A DNA stretch of 64,000 nt from Octopus sinensis (Eukaryota): contig NC_042998.1 in assembly GCF_006345805.1 (NCBI RefSeq), positions 10,850,001-10,914,000 on the forward strand, read 5' to 3'. The notes beneath the pieces are model-generated. The model saw nothing but the letters and a program-made list of their open reading frames with translations. It was not told where the DNA came from and made no database searches. Each line of letters begins with the position of its first letter. The stretch's first letter is position 1. This document shows positions 40,104 through 53,450 of this stretch, piece by piece. A program made the translations under genes and the position numbers.

Positions 40104-42419
40104 TATGTGTGTATATTATACATATTGGATATATGAGGATATCAATATACTACTATATAAGTGTGTGTTTTCTTGAGCCCTGGTACTCATAAGTCTGGTC
40201 ACTTGGATTGTAAGGTGTATAAATGACTGACGTCACAACACTTCTGACCGGGACGCCGTCGTTCCGTTGCAGGGTTCAAAGCTAGCAATTTCGGGGGTGG
40301 GAATGATAATCCTATTTCATCGTACCCACTACATTATTTTACTAGTACTTTATTTTATCGACCCTGAAGTGATGTATTGCAATATTGATTTCTGCTGGAT
40401 TTCAATTCAGAACGTAAAGACCCGGAAGAAATACAGCTAACCATTTTCTACGATGTGCTAACGATTCTGCCATCTTGCCTTATACCATAATGGTCATAAT
40501 TCAGAATTTGCGCGAGACATAAAGAAGAATTAGTTTGATATAAAGAAAGTAAAGTGTATTGAAAGGAAGAGAATAAAAGAAAAGGAGAAAGAACAACGAA
40601 ACTGTAAATTAAGAAAACGAGAGAATGTAAAATAAGTGGCCCTGTACATGTACTAATATACTCATTAGTTTATGTATTTTTGTAAAGTTAGTCAAGTAAA
40701 GATGGCGAAGAACAGTTATACTACATCATTCTTAAAGTGTGTTTTGACATCAAGTTCAAAGGAAGATCATGGTTTTACTGGATTTTAAGAACGAATTTTT
40801 TCTCTGCAGTGCAAAGAATACAACTCTTTCCATTATTGTAGAGCTTAACATTCTTTCAGATGCTGAGTGAGGCAGCTTTTTGTCGCTTTTAATACACAAA
40901 GTTTATCGGCTAAAATCAATAACGTATCAGTGTAGAGAGGAGACACAGCACTCATGAAAGAGACCACGAAAGGAATCGGGAGCTAACTTTGCACAATTCA
41001 ATGTCGGCGAAGGAAGATTTAATGTTTCAAGGTCATTCTCATAATTCTTTGATGCCCAGTACGAAACGCATCAACAACGAGTCACTCATTACATTTCATC
41101 TAAAATATGGCCAAAAGTATCATGAAGCGTTAATGTACTTCACAAATTAAAAATACGAAATAATCTCGAACACAGCGTCTTCAGGATAACGTTTCAAAGA
41201 AAAGATTTTCCTTATGTACATATCAGTACATGTATTCGTACGTGTTATTGTTTGCATGTGTGCACGCATATATGTAATCACCAGGTCATCACTCAGGCTT
41301 ACGAGAAAGGGATGGCCTCCCTTTGCAAATATTTTAAGGGCACAGAAAGTGTGTCTAAACCCAGCTGGAGACGATGATCTCCTGGGGCTAAAAAGCTACA
41401 GTAACCCCCCCCCTTGTGGTTAGCCATATTGAGATGGCTTTTATACTTTACATTGTCGAGCGGTTACTGTTTATATCTCGTTCTGAGATTTAATAATGCT
41501 AACTAATTTATTTTTTCTTTTACTTGCTCCCGTCATCTGACCGCGGCTTTGCTGGGATACCACCAAAAAGAATGTTTAGTTGAATAAATCAACTCCATTA
41601 CTTCTTATCAAACAGCCACGTCTGAGAATATGATAAAGCAAAATCATAGAATTTTGTTTCCACCTAATGCTATTATCTATAGTGTTTACACTTTAATTGC
41701 TGGTAGGGACACCGTATTTCATTTTGTAATCATAATATACTACCAAGTATATTAAAGGCTTATAAGTTAATACAGTGTCCTGCTTTTTATATTAGCAGTG
41801 TGCTGTTTTCATTTTTAAGTTCATTTCGACAGTTTTCTACAGAATTTAGAGACAGCATTGAAAGTTACAGTTTCGTATACGAATACAGATAGAAAAATAG
41901 GTGATGGGTGTATATGTATGTTTCAAAAAAGTCATTGATCTTTCTTCAGCACTATATCAAACCCATTAATCACAGACACAAATACATTATATATCCACAA
42001 ATAAATTGCTGAAATAGTCGCAAATGCTATTTAAGCAATATATTCGTGGATAATTAATGAGTTAGATGTGGTGCAGAAGAAGGGACAATAACTCCAGAAA
42101 TATGCATACACAGCCATTACCTATTTTTCTATCTTCGACCACATTATTTACATGGATGTATTCATCTATGTAAACGTTGTGGCTTTCAGTGCAGGCTTTA
42201 AATTCAATAGAAAATATGTATGCACAAACATTAAAAAATGAGTTTTTATACTGTGGAAATCGAATGCTCTTTCTACCTCTTTTGATGACGAAAGGCAGTT
42301 TTGATGCTGTTGGAAGTGCAGAAGCATTTCTACAGCCTGTACAAAACACTCGTTTGCATGAATTTCAAATTTTTACATTCACACTACTCTCTCTCTCTCT
42401 CTCAATTTTTCGTTACATG

Positions 42420-42845
42420 TATGTACGTATTATGTATGTATGTATGTATGTATGTATGTATGTATGTATGTATGTATGTATGTATGTATGTATGTATGTA
42501 TGTACCTATGTATGTATGTATGTATGTATGTATGTATGTATGTATGTATGTATGTACGTATGTATGTATGTATGTACGTATGTACGTATGTATGTACGTA
42601 TGTATGTATGTATGTACGTATGTATGTATGTATGTATGTACGTATGTATGTATGTATGTATGTATGTATGTATGTATGTATGTATGTATGTATGTACGTA
42701 CGTATGTATGTATGTATGTACGTACGTACGTATGTATGTATGTATGTATGTATGTATGTATGTACGTATGTATGTATGTATCAATCTACCTATCTGTCTG
42801 TCTGTCTATCTGTCCATCTGTCGTTCTCTTTCTCTCTCTCATTTT
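42420..42845. repeat. (TATG)n/(TACG) microsatellite
   Basis: Direct read. Confidence 0.95.
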
Positions 42846-43552
42846 CTCTCTATATACATTCGTGTAGGTGCACGCGCGTGTGTGTATGTGTGTGTATGCA
42901 AGTCTTCACAATCTAAGATGTTTTTACATTATTCCCCTCTAGACACACCTCTGCCGAGTTGTAAACGATAAATTTAACGATTTACGGGATAGTTTGACGA
43001 CTAAAACATTCACCAGACCTTGTAACTGTTAACTGGTATTTTAATCCAATATGTTCTTCTCCTCCTGCACTAAAACAAGTTAGTATGAAGGAATTAAACA
43101 AAACATTCCGAGCTCGGTTAATGAGAGAAGTACCAAAAAATTACACATCCACATATCCTGTGCATTAGTTTAACACATGTAGTTAAAATCTCTCCTGTGA
43201 CTTAAATATACAACAGGTTCACTATATTTAGCTTTTATCCTACTCAAAGAATTAGAAAATTGATAGAAATGTTTTAGTACGACCCATTTGAAAACTTTAT
43301 ATTCCATGCCATTAACACTACATACATCGATCCATAAAAATGTAAAAATTTGTTTACAATTTTGAAACGTTTAAAAATTCTTGGGTAAGTCTCTACCTTA
43401 AGCTAAGTAGTTACTGGAAGTTATTTTTGATTTCCAGTAACATCTGCCCGACCATCTATCTGGCTATCTCTCTGATGTATGTATGTATGTATGTATGGTA
43501 TGTATGTATGTATGTATGTATGTATGTATGTATGTATGTATGTATGTATGTT

Positions 43553-43583
<31 letters not shown>

Positions 43584-43598
43584 ATAAATATATATATA

Positions 43599-43815
43599 TA
43601 TTTCTTTACTACCCACAAGGGGATAAACATAGAGGAGACAAACAAAGGGATTAAGTCGATCACAACGACCCAGTGCGAAACTGGTACTTTATTTATCGAC
43701 CCCGAAAGGATGAAAGGCAAAGTCGTCCTCGGCGGAATTTGAACTCAGAACGTAACGACAGACGAATTACCGCTAAGCATTTCGCCCGGCGCGCTAACGT
43801 TTCTGCCAGCTCGCC
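43599..43815 (-). mobile_element. SINE family A
   Basis: Head, core and tail present. Confidence 0.9.
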
Positions 43816-43841
43816 ACATATATATACGTGTGTGTGTGTGT

Positions 43842-43877
<36 letters not shown>

Positions 43878-43904
43878 GTGTGTGTGTGTGTATAATTATA
43901 TATT

Positions 43905-43981
<77 letters not shown>

Positions 43982-44301
43982 GTATGTATGCATGTATGAA
44001 TGTACATTTACACACACATACACGCACACGCGGGCACACACACACGCGCGCGCGCGCGCAGCCAAAGATCTACAGAAAATTATATACCTGAATATATTTA
44101 CTGAATAAAAAAAATTAATGTGAACGGTATGTCCTGATTCTTTAAATTCCGTTCATCGCCTCACTTCCTTGTCAAGTCGTAATTCTCAGAACTGATTTTT
44201 GTTTGACAAATAGGAAATGATCTACAAAACAGCAGCCTCTCTGTAAGAAATAACGGGTAAATCTGCACGCACACACACCCACTTTCTCTCTCTCTCTCTT
44301 C

Positions 44302-44344
<43 letters not shown>

Positions 44345-44345
<1 letters not shown>

Positions 44346-44528
44346 GTGTGTCTGTTTCCATCCCCCCCTTTTTTTTCAAATGTTATTCCCCCTTTTTTTG
44401 TCCTCTTTCTTTCCCTTTACGATCCCTTTTGATCGAAAACCAAACCCCCTTTTTTTACCCCCAAAAGAAAAGTTCTACCTTGTAATTTGTCCTGTCTGTG
44501 TGCAGCCCTGTGTGGCTAATAAAGAAAC
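44345..44528 (+). mobile_element. Short 3'-end copy of the Tx1-like LINE
   Basis: Matches 7858-7979; (TCTA)n on both flanks. Confidence 0.85.
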
Positions 44529-44555
44529 ATATCTATCTATCTACCTATCTATCTG

Positions 44556-44622
<67 letters not shown>

Positions 44623-44635
44623 GTCTGTCTATCTA

Positions 44636-44679
<44 letters not shown>

Positions 44680-45107
44680 TCTTCTGCGTATTAATCATAT
44701 ATCTTCTATTGCGCTTTCCATGTATCTTTTTCCCTAACTATGTCTCTATCCTTTTAATCCTCTGAAAGGATCATCTCTTTCCTATCAGCGCTACCACACA
44801 TATACATATTTCCTTATTGCACCTTGTTGTAAGACATTTTTGCTTACATATGTCTGTGTTTCTGTCCTTGCTTATTCGTTTCTTTGCTACATTTTTGCCT
44901 ATCTCATATTTTCTGTTCCTTTTTAGTCTTTCATGTCCATTCGGTTCTGCCCCATTAGCTTTCGTTGTCAACACTGCCAAACTGAATAAAATTACGGTAA
45001 ATGTCGAAAATGTTGTTATATTCGGTTGATAGTTGATAATGTGTTTGAGCGTGTTCGCGTTTATGATGCCTTTTCCGGTAACACTGTACGCCTCTTAGCG
45101 GCATGTT

Positions 45108-45248
45108 CTAAGTTCAAATTTCGCCGAGGTCGACTTTGCTTTTCATCCTTTCTGGATCGATGAAATAAGTACCAGTCGAACACTGAGGCCGAGGCAATCG
45201 ACGCATCCCTTTCCCCGACCTTGCTGGGATTGTGACAAAATTTGAAAC

Positions 45249-45250
<2 letters not shown>
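45108..45250 (+). mobile_element. SINE family A body with alternative tail B ending in (TTA)n
   Basis: Core as family A, then CCCTTTCCCCGA...TGTGACAAAATTTGAAACCA(TTA)n; same tail at 50790-50845. Confidence 0.75.
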
Positions 45251-45295
<45 letters not shown>

Positions 45296-45317
45296 TTATT
45301 ATATTATTATTTTTATT

Positions 45318-45386
<69 letters not shown>

Positions 45387-45410
45387 GTTATTGTTGTTGT
45401 TGTTGTTATA

Positions 45411-45806
45411 GCTGTGTGGTAAGTAGCTTGCTTACCAACCACATGGCCCCGGGTTCAGTCCCACTGCGTGTTACCTTGGGCAAGTGTCTTCTACTATAGC
45501 CTCGGGCCAACCAAAGCCTTGTGAGTATATTTAGTAGACGGAAACTAAAAGAAGCCCGTCGTATATATGTATATATATGTATGTGTGTGTATATGTTTGT
45601 ATGTCTGTGTTTGTCCCCCCAACATCACTTGACAACTGATGCTGGTATATTTGGGTCCCCGTAACTTAGCAGTTCGGCCTAAGAGACTAATAGAATAAGT
45701 ACTAGGCTTACAAAGAATAAGTCCTGTGGTCGATTTGCTCGACTAAAGGTAGTGCTCCAGCATGGCCACAGTCAAATGACTGAAACAAGTAAAAGAGTAA
45801 AGAGTA
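45411..45806 (+). mobile_element. tRNA-derived SINE family D with internal TA/TG microsatellite
   Basis: GCTGTGTGGTAAGTAGCTTG...GGGTTCAGTCCC head; tail GTAAAAGAGTAAAGAGTA; copies at 46176 (-) and 63359 (+). Confidence 0.88.
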
Positions 45807-46175
45807 TATCAGATTACTCCCTCGATCCCAACTCTCATTTCGCATCTTTTGTGTACGTATGTCTGTGCATTCACATGATTGCGTGTGTATGTATATATAC
45901 AAAATCACAGCAGTCACGAATTTTTCAGCAGGCGAGTATTTAGAGGTTTCATTAAATCTAAATACCTCCATATATAAGCTTTACCATAAACTCAATGAAA
46001 AACTAACATATATACATAGACAACCCTACAACTCTACTGTTATAATTAAACATCTGATAGCAAACACTAGCAAAAGGGTATCTAATCTCTCGTCCCCTAG
46101 GGAAATTTTTGAAGGTGCTGCCCCATATTATAACAGAGCTTCAGCTAATAGTGGGTTTAAGGAAGAATTGTTATA

Positions 46176-46600
46176 CTTTTTTACTCTTTTACTTGTTTCA
46201 GTCATTTGACTGCGGCTATGCTGGAGCACCACCTTTAGTCGAGCAAATCGACCTCGAGACTTATTCTTTTATAAGCCCAGTACTTATTCTATCGGTATCT
46301 TTTGCCGAACCGCTAAGTGACGGGGACATAAAGACACCAGCATCGGTTGTCAAGCAATGCTAGGGGGACAAACACAGACACACAAACATACACACAAATA
46401 CATATATATATATATATTATATATATATATATATATATACGACAGGCTTCTTTCAGTTTCCGTCTACCAAATCCACTCACAAGGCCTTGGTCGGCCCGAG
46501 GCTATAATAGAAGACACTTGCCCAAGATGTCACGCAGTGGGACTGAACCCGGAACCATGTGGTTGGTTAGCAAGCTACTTACCACACAGCCACTCCTGCG
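46176..46600 (-). mobile_element. SINE family D inserted into the PLE ORF
   Basis: TTATA at 46171-46175 and 46601-46605; removing the SINE restores SGFKEELLYKHSC. Confidence 0.9.
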
Positions 46601-47870
46601 TTATATAAACATTCTTGTAATAAAAGTATTAATAAAGGACATAGGGAAATTAATCACAAAGTATCACATTCTAATAAAAATCCTATAAGCAGATGAAGAA
46701 AAATTATTTGGTTTGCCCCTCCTTTTTCCCTGAATGTAAAGACGAATATTGGTAGAAAATTTCTGGCTGAAATTCACAGATACAAGAAAATGTTTAGAAA
46801 TTCCTTTAAATTATCATATAACTGCTGCCCGAACATAAAAAAAAGTATTATCACCTGCAAGCACCAACAGGGAACTGAACTAGGTTGCAATTGTCGCAAC
46901 GCGGAATCCTGTCCGCTGGAGCAGCAGTGTATGACGAAGTCCAATACATACGGAGCAGAGGTCTTGGCAAACCTTAATACCAGTGAAACAACCGATAAAA
47001 GAACATACAACTACATGGCATCATTCCGCCACAGAGAGAAAAGCAAAACCACAAAGTTGGCGAGCCACATTCCGGCCACGAAAGAGAAAAATGTACCATA
47101 TGTGATCAAACCATGCATGAATGAACCTAATAAATGTATACTTTGCTTGGCCGAGAAGGCGCAGATTTTATTTAGATCCGAGATGCCGAACTCGGTATTG
47201 AACTCGAGGTCAGAGGTTTTTAGTGGATGTTTAAAAATATCTTTAAAAATTGGAAGATTCCACCAGTTCCCGATTGATTGGCCATTGTTTCTACCTTTCT
47301 TTATAACGCCTAGGAATATGGATATAGCTTCTTTCATTGTATCGATCTATATCTCATATTTATATTTACAATATATTTTTTCCATCCTTGAATATTCCTT
47401 TTGTAATTTTTATATATTATAATTATAGACCTTTTATAACAGATATAAAATTTTCCCACTTACAATTTTATGCAATCTATGTATACTTATTTCTATTTTT
47501 ATGTACTTGTATAGTTTATGTATTGTAAATAGCTTATGTATTTGTATATGATTGTAAAGTCTTTGGATTATCTATAGATCTATATATTTGTATAGCCTTT
47601 GGATTATCTGTAGATCTATATATATTTTCATATTTTTTATATACTGACACGTTTATAATTTAATCTAAATTTTTATAATTTTATAATTCATAACTTTATC
47701 GTTTTACTATATTTTTTATGTTTATTTTCGATTTAATTTCATCTGAATGCTTTGTATCTGTTCAATTTCTTAGCTCATCTGTTGTGGTGGAAATTTCCAT
47801 TAAATGTGGTTTGCCTTAGCATCGCTTCTCACCCGGTACTCTGTTTAAACTCCTTGGTTTCATAGAATAA

Positions 47871-47922
47871 ACGGCGCCTAATGAACGTACTTGTCATTTA
47901 CGTGAAACTATTTGTACGGCGT
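47871..47922 (+). ncRNA. Decayed hammerhead motif in the PLE 3' region
   Basis: CTAATGA-ACGTA-(9 nt)-TACGT-GAAAC-TATTT-GTA-CGGCGT; G5 mutated and stem I imperfect. Confidence 0.4.
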
Positions 47923-48003
47923 GTAATACATGTGAAGTGAAACGCATACATTAATATCGGACTCTTATTAGATGAAGTACTCTTCTTTTTACGCATATCA
48001 ATT

Positions 48004-48047
<44 letters not shown>

Positions 48048-48052
<5 letters not shown>

Positions 48053-48834
48053 AATGAATGTTTTTATATATAATGAACGTGAAATACAGGAAGGGACGAA
48101 CACGGAACACAGACAAATCATTCGAAGCCTTCAATCTTCAGTCAGACACCGAATCATCATAGCAAATTTCGGCTGTTCAATTCTGATATTTGCTCCAACT
48201 CGGCCAGCCCCAAGAAAAAAAACTAAGCTGTAAGCATTAAATTTCTTGGTAGAAGACAGGAATGTGAACGCACAAGACGGATGTGAATACAAGAGACGAA
48301 AACGAAATTGAAAACAGTAATGAAAAAACAAAATGTATATAACGGTGGTTGTCATACGACTTTAGACCAAATGAGACAAAACAACAACAACATAGCAGCT
48401 GGCGTAGAAATAATTACCGTTTCGGTAGCGGGGACACATGTTGGTCGAGATACGAAGGCCAACAGAATGGTTGAAGAAGCAGCAGGTCGCAGGAGAGAGA
48501 GAAAGAGAGACAGAGAGAGAGAGGGAATCAAAGAGGGTGGAAGGCAGGGGACAGAATCAGTGACCAAGAGAGAAGGAGAAAGAAGGGATTAAGGAGGATG
48601 GGAGGAAGAGGGGAGGAGGATGGGAGGAAGAGAGGGGAAGAATCGGAGGGCGCCAAAAAAGTTTGGTGAAGAAGTAATGGCGGGTAGTAAAAGACAGTGT
48701 GTATAGAAGTCGTGCAGGGTTTAAAATTGGACAAACAAACGCAATAATATAAGAATGAATGTTTTTATATATAATGAACGTGAAATACAGGAAGGGACGA
48801 ACACGGAACACAGACAAATCATTCGAAGCCTTCA

Positions 48835-48835
<1 letters not shown>
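48048..48835. mobile_element. 701-bp unit plus identical ~87-bp terminal repeat, embedded in (TA)n
   Basis: 48048-48134 is identical to 48749-48835; no convincing ORF. Confidence 0.8.
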
Positions 48836-48886
<51 letters not shown>

Positions 48887-48915
48887 TGTATGTAGTATGT
48901 ATGTATGTATGTATA

Positions 48916-49225
48916 TAACGGGAAGCTTTATGAAAATAAACAAAAGACGAAGGCAGGTGGAATATAAACAAACAATTGTATTAGTATGGCGCTCAGGAAT
49001 ATAAATAAAACAAGTCTTTTACGTTTCGAGCCTACGCTCTTCAACAGAAAGATACACAGAAAAGAAACACAGAAAGAAGCAAGGAGAGAAAAAAAAATGC
49101 GTGCAGAAGGTAGCGCATCAACATGGCGTTCTGATTCCGGCCAGAAGTCAAAGATCAAACGTGAGACGAAAGAGCGAAAATAGGGGAGATAACAGGGTCA
49201 AATGACCAACTCCCCAACAAAGGGT
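48916..49225 (-). mobile_element. Longer copy of the 29598 family
   Basis: Sequence match to 29598-29803. Confidence 0.8.
49015..49052 (-). ncRNA. Minimal type I hammerhead motif, A6U core variant
   Basis: TCTTT-CTGTTGA-A-GAGC-GTAG-GCTC-GAAAC-GTA-AAAGA. Confidence 0.6.
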
Positions 49226-49514
49226 GTGTGTGTGTGTATGAGAGAGTATGTAGTGCGTATAAGAGGTCTGGACGTGTGTATGTATGTATGATGTGATGTG
49301 TAATGTCGTATGGTGTAGTGTAGAGAGAGGAGATGAGGGGGAGAGGGGAGGGGAAGGAGAGATAAGGGGGAGGAGGGGGAGGTAAGGGGGAGAGAGAGAA
49401 GGGGAGAGATGAGGGGGAGGGGAGGGGGAGTGGGAGAGAGAAGGAAGGAAGGAGGAAGAGAGGAAGAGGGGGGGAAGGGAAGGTGGGGAAAAGATGTATG
49501 TATGTATTTATATA

Positions 49515-49587
<73 letters not shown>

Positions 49588-49589
49588 CA

Positions 49590-49783
49590 TAGTTAATCCA
49601 AACATGAAAGCACAAAAAAAACACAACAACGCGAGGACGTGGAACAAATATAGTATTATTGGACGCTCAGGAAAGAAGGAAGAAGGAGGATTTAACTTTT
49701 CGAGCGGAGCTCTTCGTCGGAAACATAGGAGAAGGAAAGATCCAGAGAAGGGAAGACAGAGAGAAAAAAATACGCGGTCACAT
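49590..49783 (-). mobile_element. Second copy of the 27080 family; HHR stem III mutated
   Basis: CCGACGA-A-GAGCTCCGCTC-GAAAAGTT at 49690-49724. Confidence 0.75.
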
Positions 49784-49787
49784 TTTG

Positions 49788-49887
<100 letters not shown>

Positions 49888-50627
49888 ATATCTATATATA
49901 TATATATTTGTGTGTGTGTGTGTGCACGTATTCAATAGAACTAGACTGATAAATCGAACAGGAGTATGTGAAATAACTTTGAGAGATAAATTCTTAAACT
50001 CTTGTAATTGTAACCTCTTTTCTTTGTTGCTAACGATTGCCGCTAGGATTTGCTATTTTTCCTCTGACTAATACGAATTGAATTGGTAGTATGATTAGAG
50101 TGTCAGAAGCAAATGCATTGCAGAATTTGCTCTTTCTCATTAGGTTCAGAGTTCAAATACTGCCAAGGTCTACTTTGCCTGTCACTCCACCGGGGTTGGC
50201 AAACCAAAGCACTAATCAAGTATTGGGCTCGATTTAGTCGCTTAATTCCTTTCCTAAAGAAGTTCTGGCTTAAATCAGAAATCATTATTATTTCTCTCAT
50301 TCATACTAAAATTATTAATTAAGGAATGTGTGTATACTCTATTCGGTACACCACACTTAATTCAATTGTTTATACCCATATCATTGACTTATTTTAGCTA
50401 TTTCGTTCACCTTATTTATATATTTATGTCATTAGATGTATCCTCTGTTTCTTTATGTGGAATTACTGGACAATTGATAATTATGATATCGTACAGGATA
50501 CCATACACCTGGCCACACAGAAAGAATACATTTGAAAATTCAATAACAATGTTATTGATTTCCGCAGTTTTCAGGGTGATTTTGCATCATATTTGTATTA
50601 TGTATGAATTATATACGTAATAATCAA

Positions 50628-50845
50628 GGTGGCATACTGGCAGAATCGCTAGTACACCGGGGAAAATGCCTAGCAGTATTTCATCTGGTTTATGTCCTGA
50701 ATCCAAATTCCACCGAGGTCGATTTTGCCTTTCATAATTTCGGGGTCGATAAATTAAGTACCAGATTAATTAGCATTGGGGTCGATGTAATCGACTTACC
50801 CTTTCCCCGAGATTACTGGCCTTGTTCCAAAATTTGATACCATTA
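50628..50845 (+). mobile_element. Diverged SINE family A with tail B
   Basis: Head and core recognisable; tail CCCTTTCCCCGAGATTACTGGCCTTGTTCCAAAATTTGATACC. Confidence 0.75.
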
Positions 50846-50929
50846 TGTTGTTTATGTTTATGTGTTCCAGTTTCAGCTCTTGAGCTGTGGCCATGCTGGG
50901 GCACATATGTAATATTCAAAATATATATT

Positions 50930-51030
50930 ATACATTTTATTGCTTTTTGTCGTGAGCGTGATTTCCCTGTCCATGGAAATATTGTCTCGTATGAAACCTG
51001 TCTGTAGTGCAAAAAGGTTGGGGACAGCCG
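50930..51030 (-). mobile_element. hAT-Charlie-like MITE terminal fragment
   Basis: CGGCTGTCCCAACCTTTTTGCACTACAGACAGGTTTCATACGAGACAATATTTCCATGGAC resembles Charlie-type ends (from memory). Confidence 0.5.
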
Positions 51031-51548
51031 AGACAGACAATACATAAATATTGTGTTTCTTTCTCACTCTAACTAACCTATAATCGATATCATGACAGGG
51101 AATTTAAGCCCTCATGCCATAAATTCAAAGGTGTAAAACATTTTTAAAAACCCAACAGTTGTGAAAGACAAGAAATTATATTTGATTTTGTTGTACCGAA
51201 AATACTTAAGTTACTCAGAAAATGAGACACGCGAAGTGTAGGATGTTTTCCATCTTTGTAGATTTGTTTTGTATCCACGAGGTGTTCGAAACGCAAAGTA
51301 TTTGCGATGAATCATTTCAGCTGATATTTGGTTCCAATTAATTTGTTTATTAAAAAAAGGAAATACAGGATAATTTGTGATTTGTATTTCAATTACGCGT
51401 TTTATTTTTAAGTTTCTTAAGAATTGCTAGCTTGTTCATCAGGGCGTTTCTATTTAACATAAAAGTCTATGTCCTGATAAAATATACATACTTTCATACA
51501 TAGACACACTCAGACACGCATACATACATACATACATACATACATACA

Positions 51549-51582
<34 letters not shown>

Positions 51583-51763
51583 CATACATACATACATACA
51601 TACATACATAGGCACACACACATATGTAAGTATATATATATATTTATATATTTATATATACCTATGTATATGTATTCAAATATAAAATATATGTATATAT
51701 GAATGTGTATATATATATAAACATATATATATACATATATATATATGTTATATATATATATGT

Positions 51764-51800
<37 letters not shown>

Positions 51801-52014
51801 ATGTGTGTATACAAAAACATATGTTATGTTCCACCTTGGAGGTAAATCGTTACTAAGGCGTATGTTTTATCTCATATAATGATTGCTAAAGTATTACCAT
51901 GGTAACAACCATCATGTGATCACTAGGAATGTTCAGTGACAGTTTTGTTTTATATATATTTTAGCATTAACGCCATTACTTTGGGGATTCTTGTTAATTC
52001 TATTTTAGTTTAAT

Positions 52015-53450
52015 CAGGTCGAATCTAAAGTGTTTTCGGACTTTTATTGATGATTTTTGGTAATTTGTGTCTCTATGTTATATCATTAACTTGTCCAACC
52101 GTTGCTGAATTAATTATTATTTATTTTCACATGTAAGATCTAATTATTGTGTATTCTTTATTTTACAGTCTTGATAATGAGTGGCGAAAAAATTGCATTT
52201 ACAATTATTTTCGCAACCCGTGGAAGAAATTAATGATGTGGAAGATTCAATAACTTCCACAAACGTGCGGAAGAAAACTGGTTCAAAGAAGATGTTTCAG
52301 GGGACGTAAAACCAGCCTCGAACACAAAACAAGGTCAAGGAGACCTTCTGTTGTGGAATATGAGACCTAGCTTGAATTGTTTGAACTCGTACATGATCGG
52401 CAGGATTTGATACTTCACAAAGCACCATCTATCAACACATCCATAACGTTGGCCTTGGGAACAGACGCTGTCGAGAAGCTTCTTGTGAAATGACCAATGA
52501 CCAGGCTCAACGACGCATGGAAATTTGCAAATAATTGCTAGAAAATCCTCGAGATTTCCGTTTTAGGCATGGAATTCTAACTGGGGATGAAGATTGGACC
52601 TATTTTCGCAATCTTAATTGGAAACATTAGGATTCAGAGCCTGTTGTCAAACATGGGCGGTTTGAACAGGAGGTAATGTTGCGTGTTTGGTAGAATTTCC
52701 AGCGGATGTCCCACTGTGAATTTATCCCAGGTGGTCATGCTTTGAAAGCTAACCTTTCTGTTCAACAACTGCAGCAACTATTTGATACTTTGAAAGCCTG
52801 TTACCCTACATTGGTTAATGGGAGACGCATACATCTACAGCATGAGCAAGTGCAAACATGAAGGACCTGAAGGGCTTGGAGTGCTCACTCTGCCTATAGT
52901 CCAGATCTTGCTCCATTGGATTACTACCCGTTTTGAGCCAAGGCTCATTTCCTGTACGGGTGGAGATCCAACAATATGGATGAGGCTGAAAATGGATGCG
53001 GGAAATATTTTGCCTCTAAACCAACCAAAAGCATGGAATTGAGCTTGAGGCATAACGATGGCAATGGGCAATAGAATTAATGGGATATATAATTAATGGG
53101 ATATATTTAAGGCGGCGAGCTGGCAGAAACGTTAGTACGCCGGGCGAAATGCGTAGCCGTATTTCGTCTGCAGTTACGTTCTGAGTTCAAATTCCGTCGA
53201 GGTCGACTTTGCCTTTCATCCTTTCGGGGTCGATAAATTAAGTACCAGTAACGCACTGGGGTCGATATAAATGACTTAATCCGTTTGCCTGTCCTTGTCT
53301 GTCCCCTCTGTGTGTAGCCCCTTGTGGGCAGTAAAGAAATAAGAATTAATGGGATATATTTTGGTGAATAAACGCTTCTCCTACGTATTGTAATTCGTCT
53401 GAACTATTAATGAAAGCCTGAAATACTAAAAAATCTTTTGAATCAACCTG
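52015..53450 (+). mobile_element. Degraded mariner transposon containing a SINE
   Basis: Motifs GDEDW.YF, VMLRVW, HSAYSPDLAPLDYY; degenerate TIRs CAGGTCGAATCTAAAG / revcomp CAGGTTGATTCAAAAG. Confidence 0.7.
53109..53343 (+). mobile_element. SINE family A
   Basis: 18-bp TSD AATTAATGGGATATATTT at 53091-53108 and 53344-53361; a further tandem 16-bp copy at 53075-53090. Confidence 0.92.

Larger units (their letters stand above)
45900..48005 (+). mobile_element. Degraded Penelope-like element (RT thumb, linker, GIY-YIG region, 3' non-coding), split by a SINE
   Basis: EYLEVSLNLNTSIYKLYHK...AAPYYNRA..NSGF; RKIIWFAPPFSLNVKTNIGRKF; CNCRNAESCPLEQQC; KCILCLAEK; LNSRSEVFSGC; ends at (TA)n. Confidence 0.9.

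Noticed and set aside
40925-41150. ~70-codon open frame as a possible host exon
   Set aside because: No convincing splice acceptor or donor and no recognisable protein similarity
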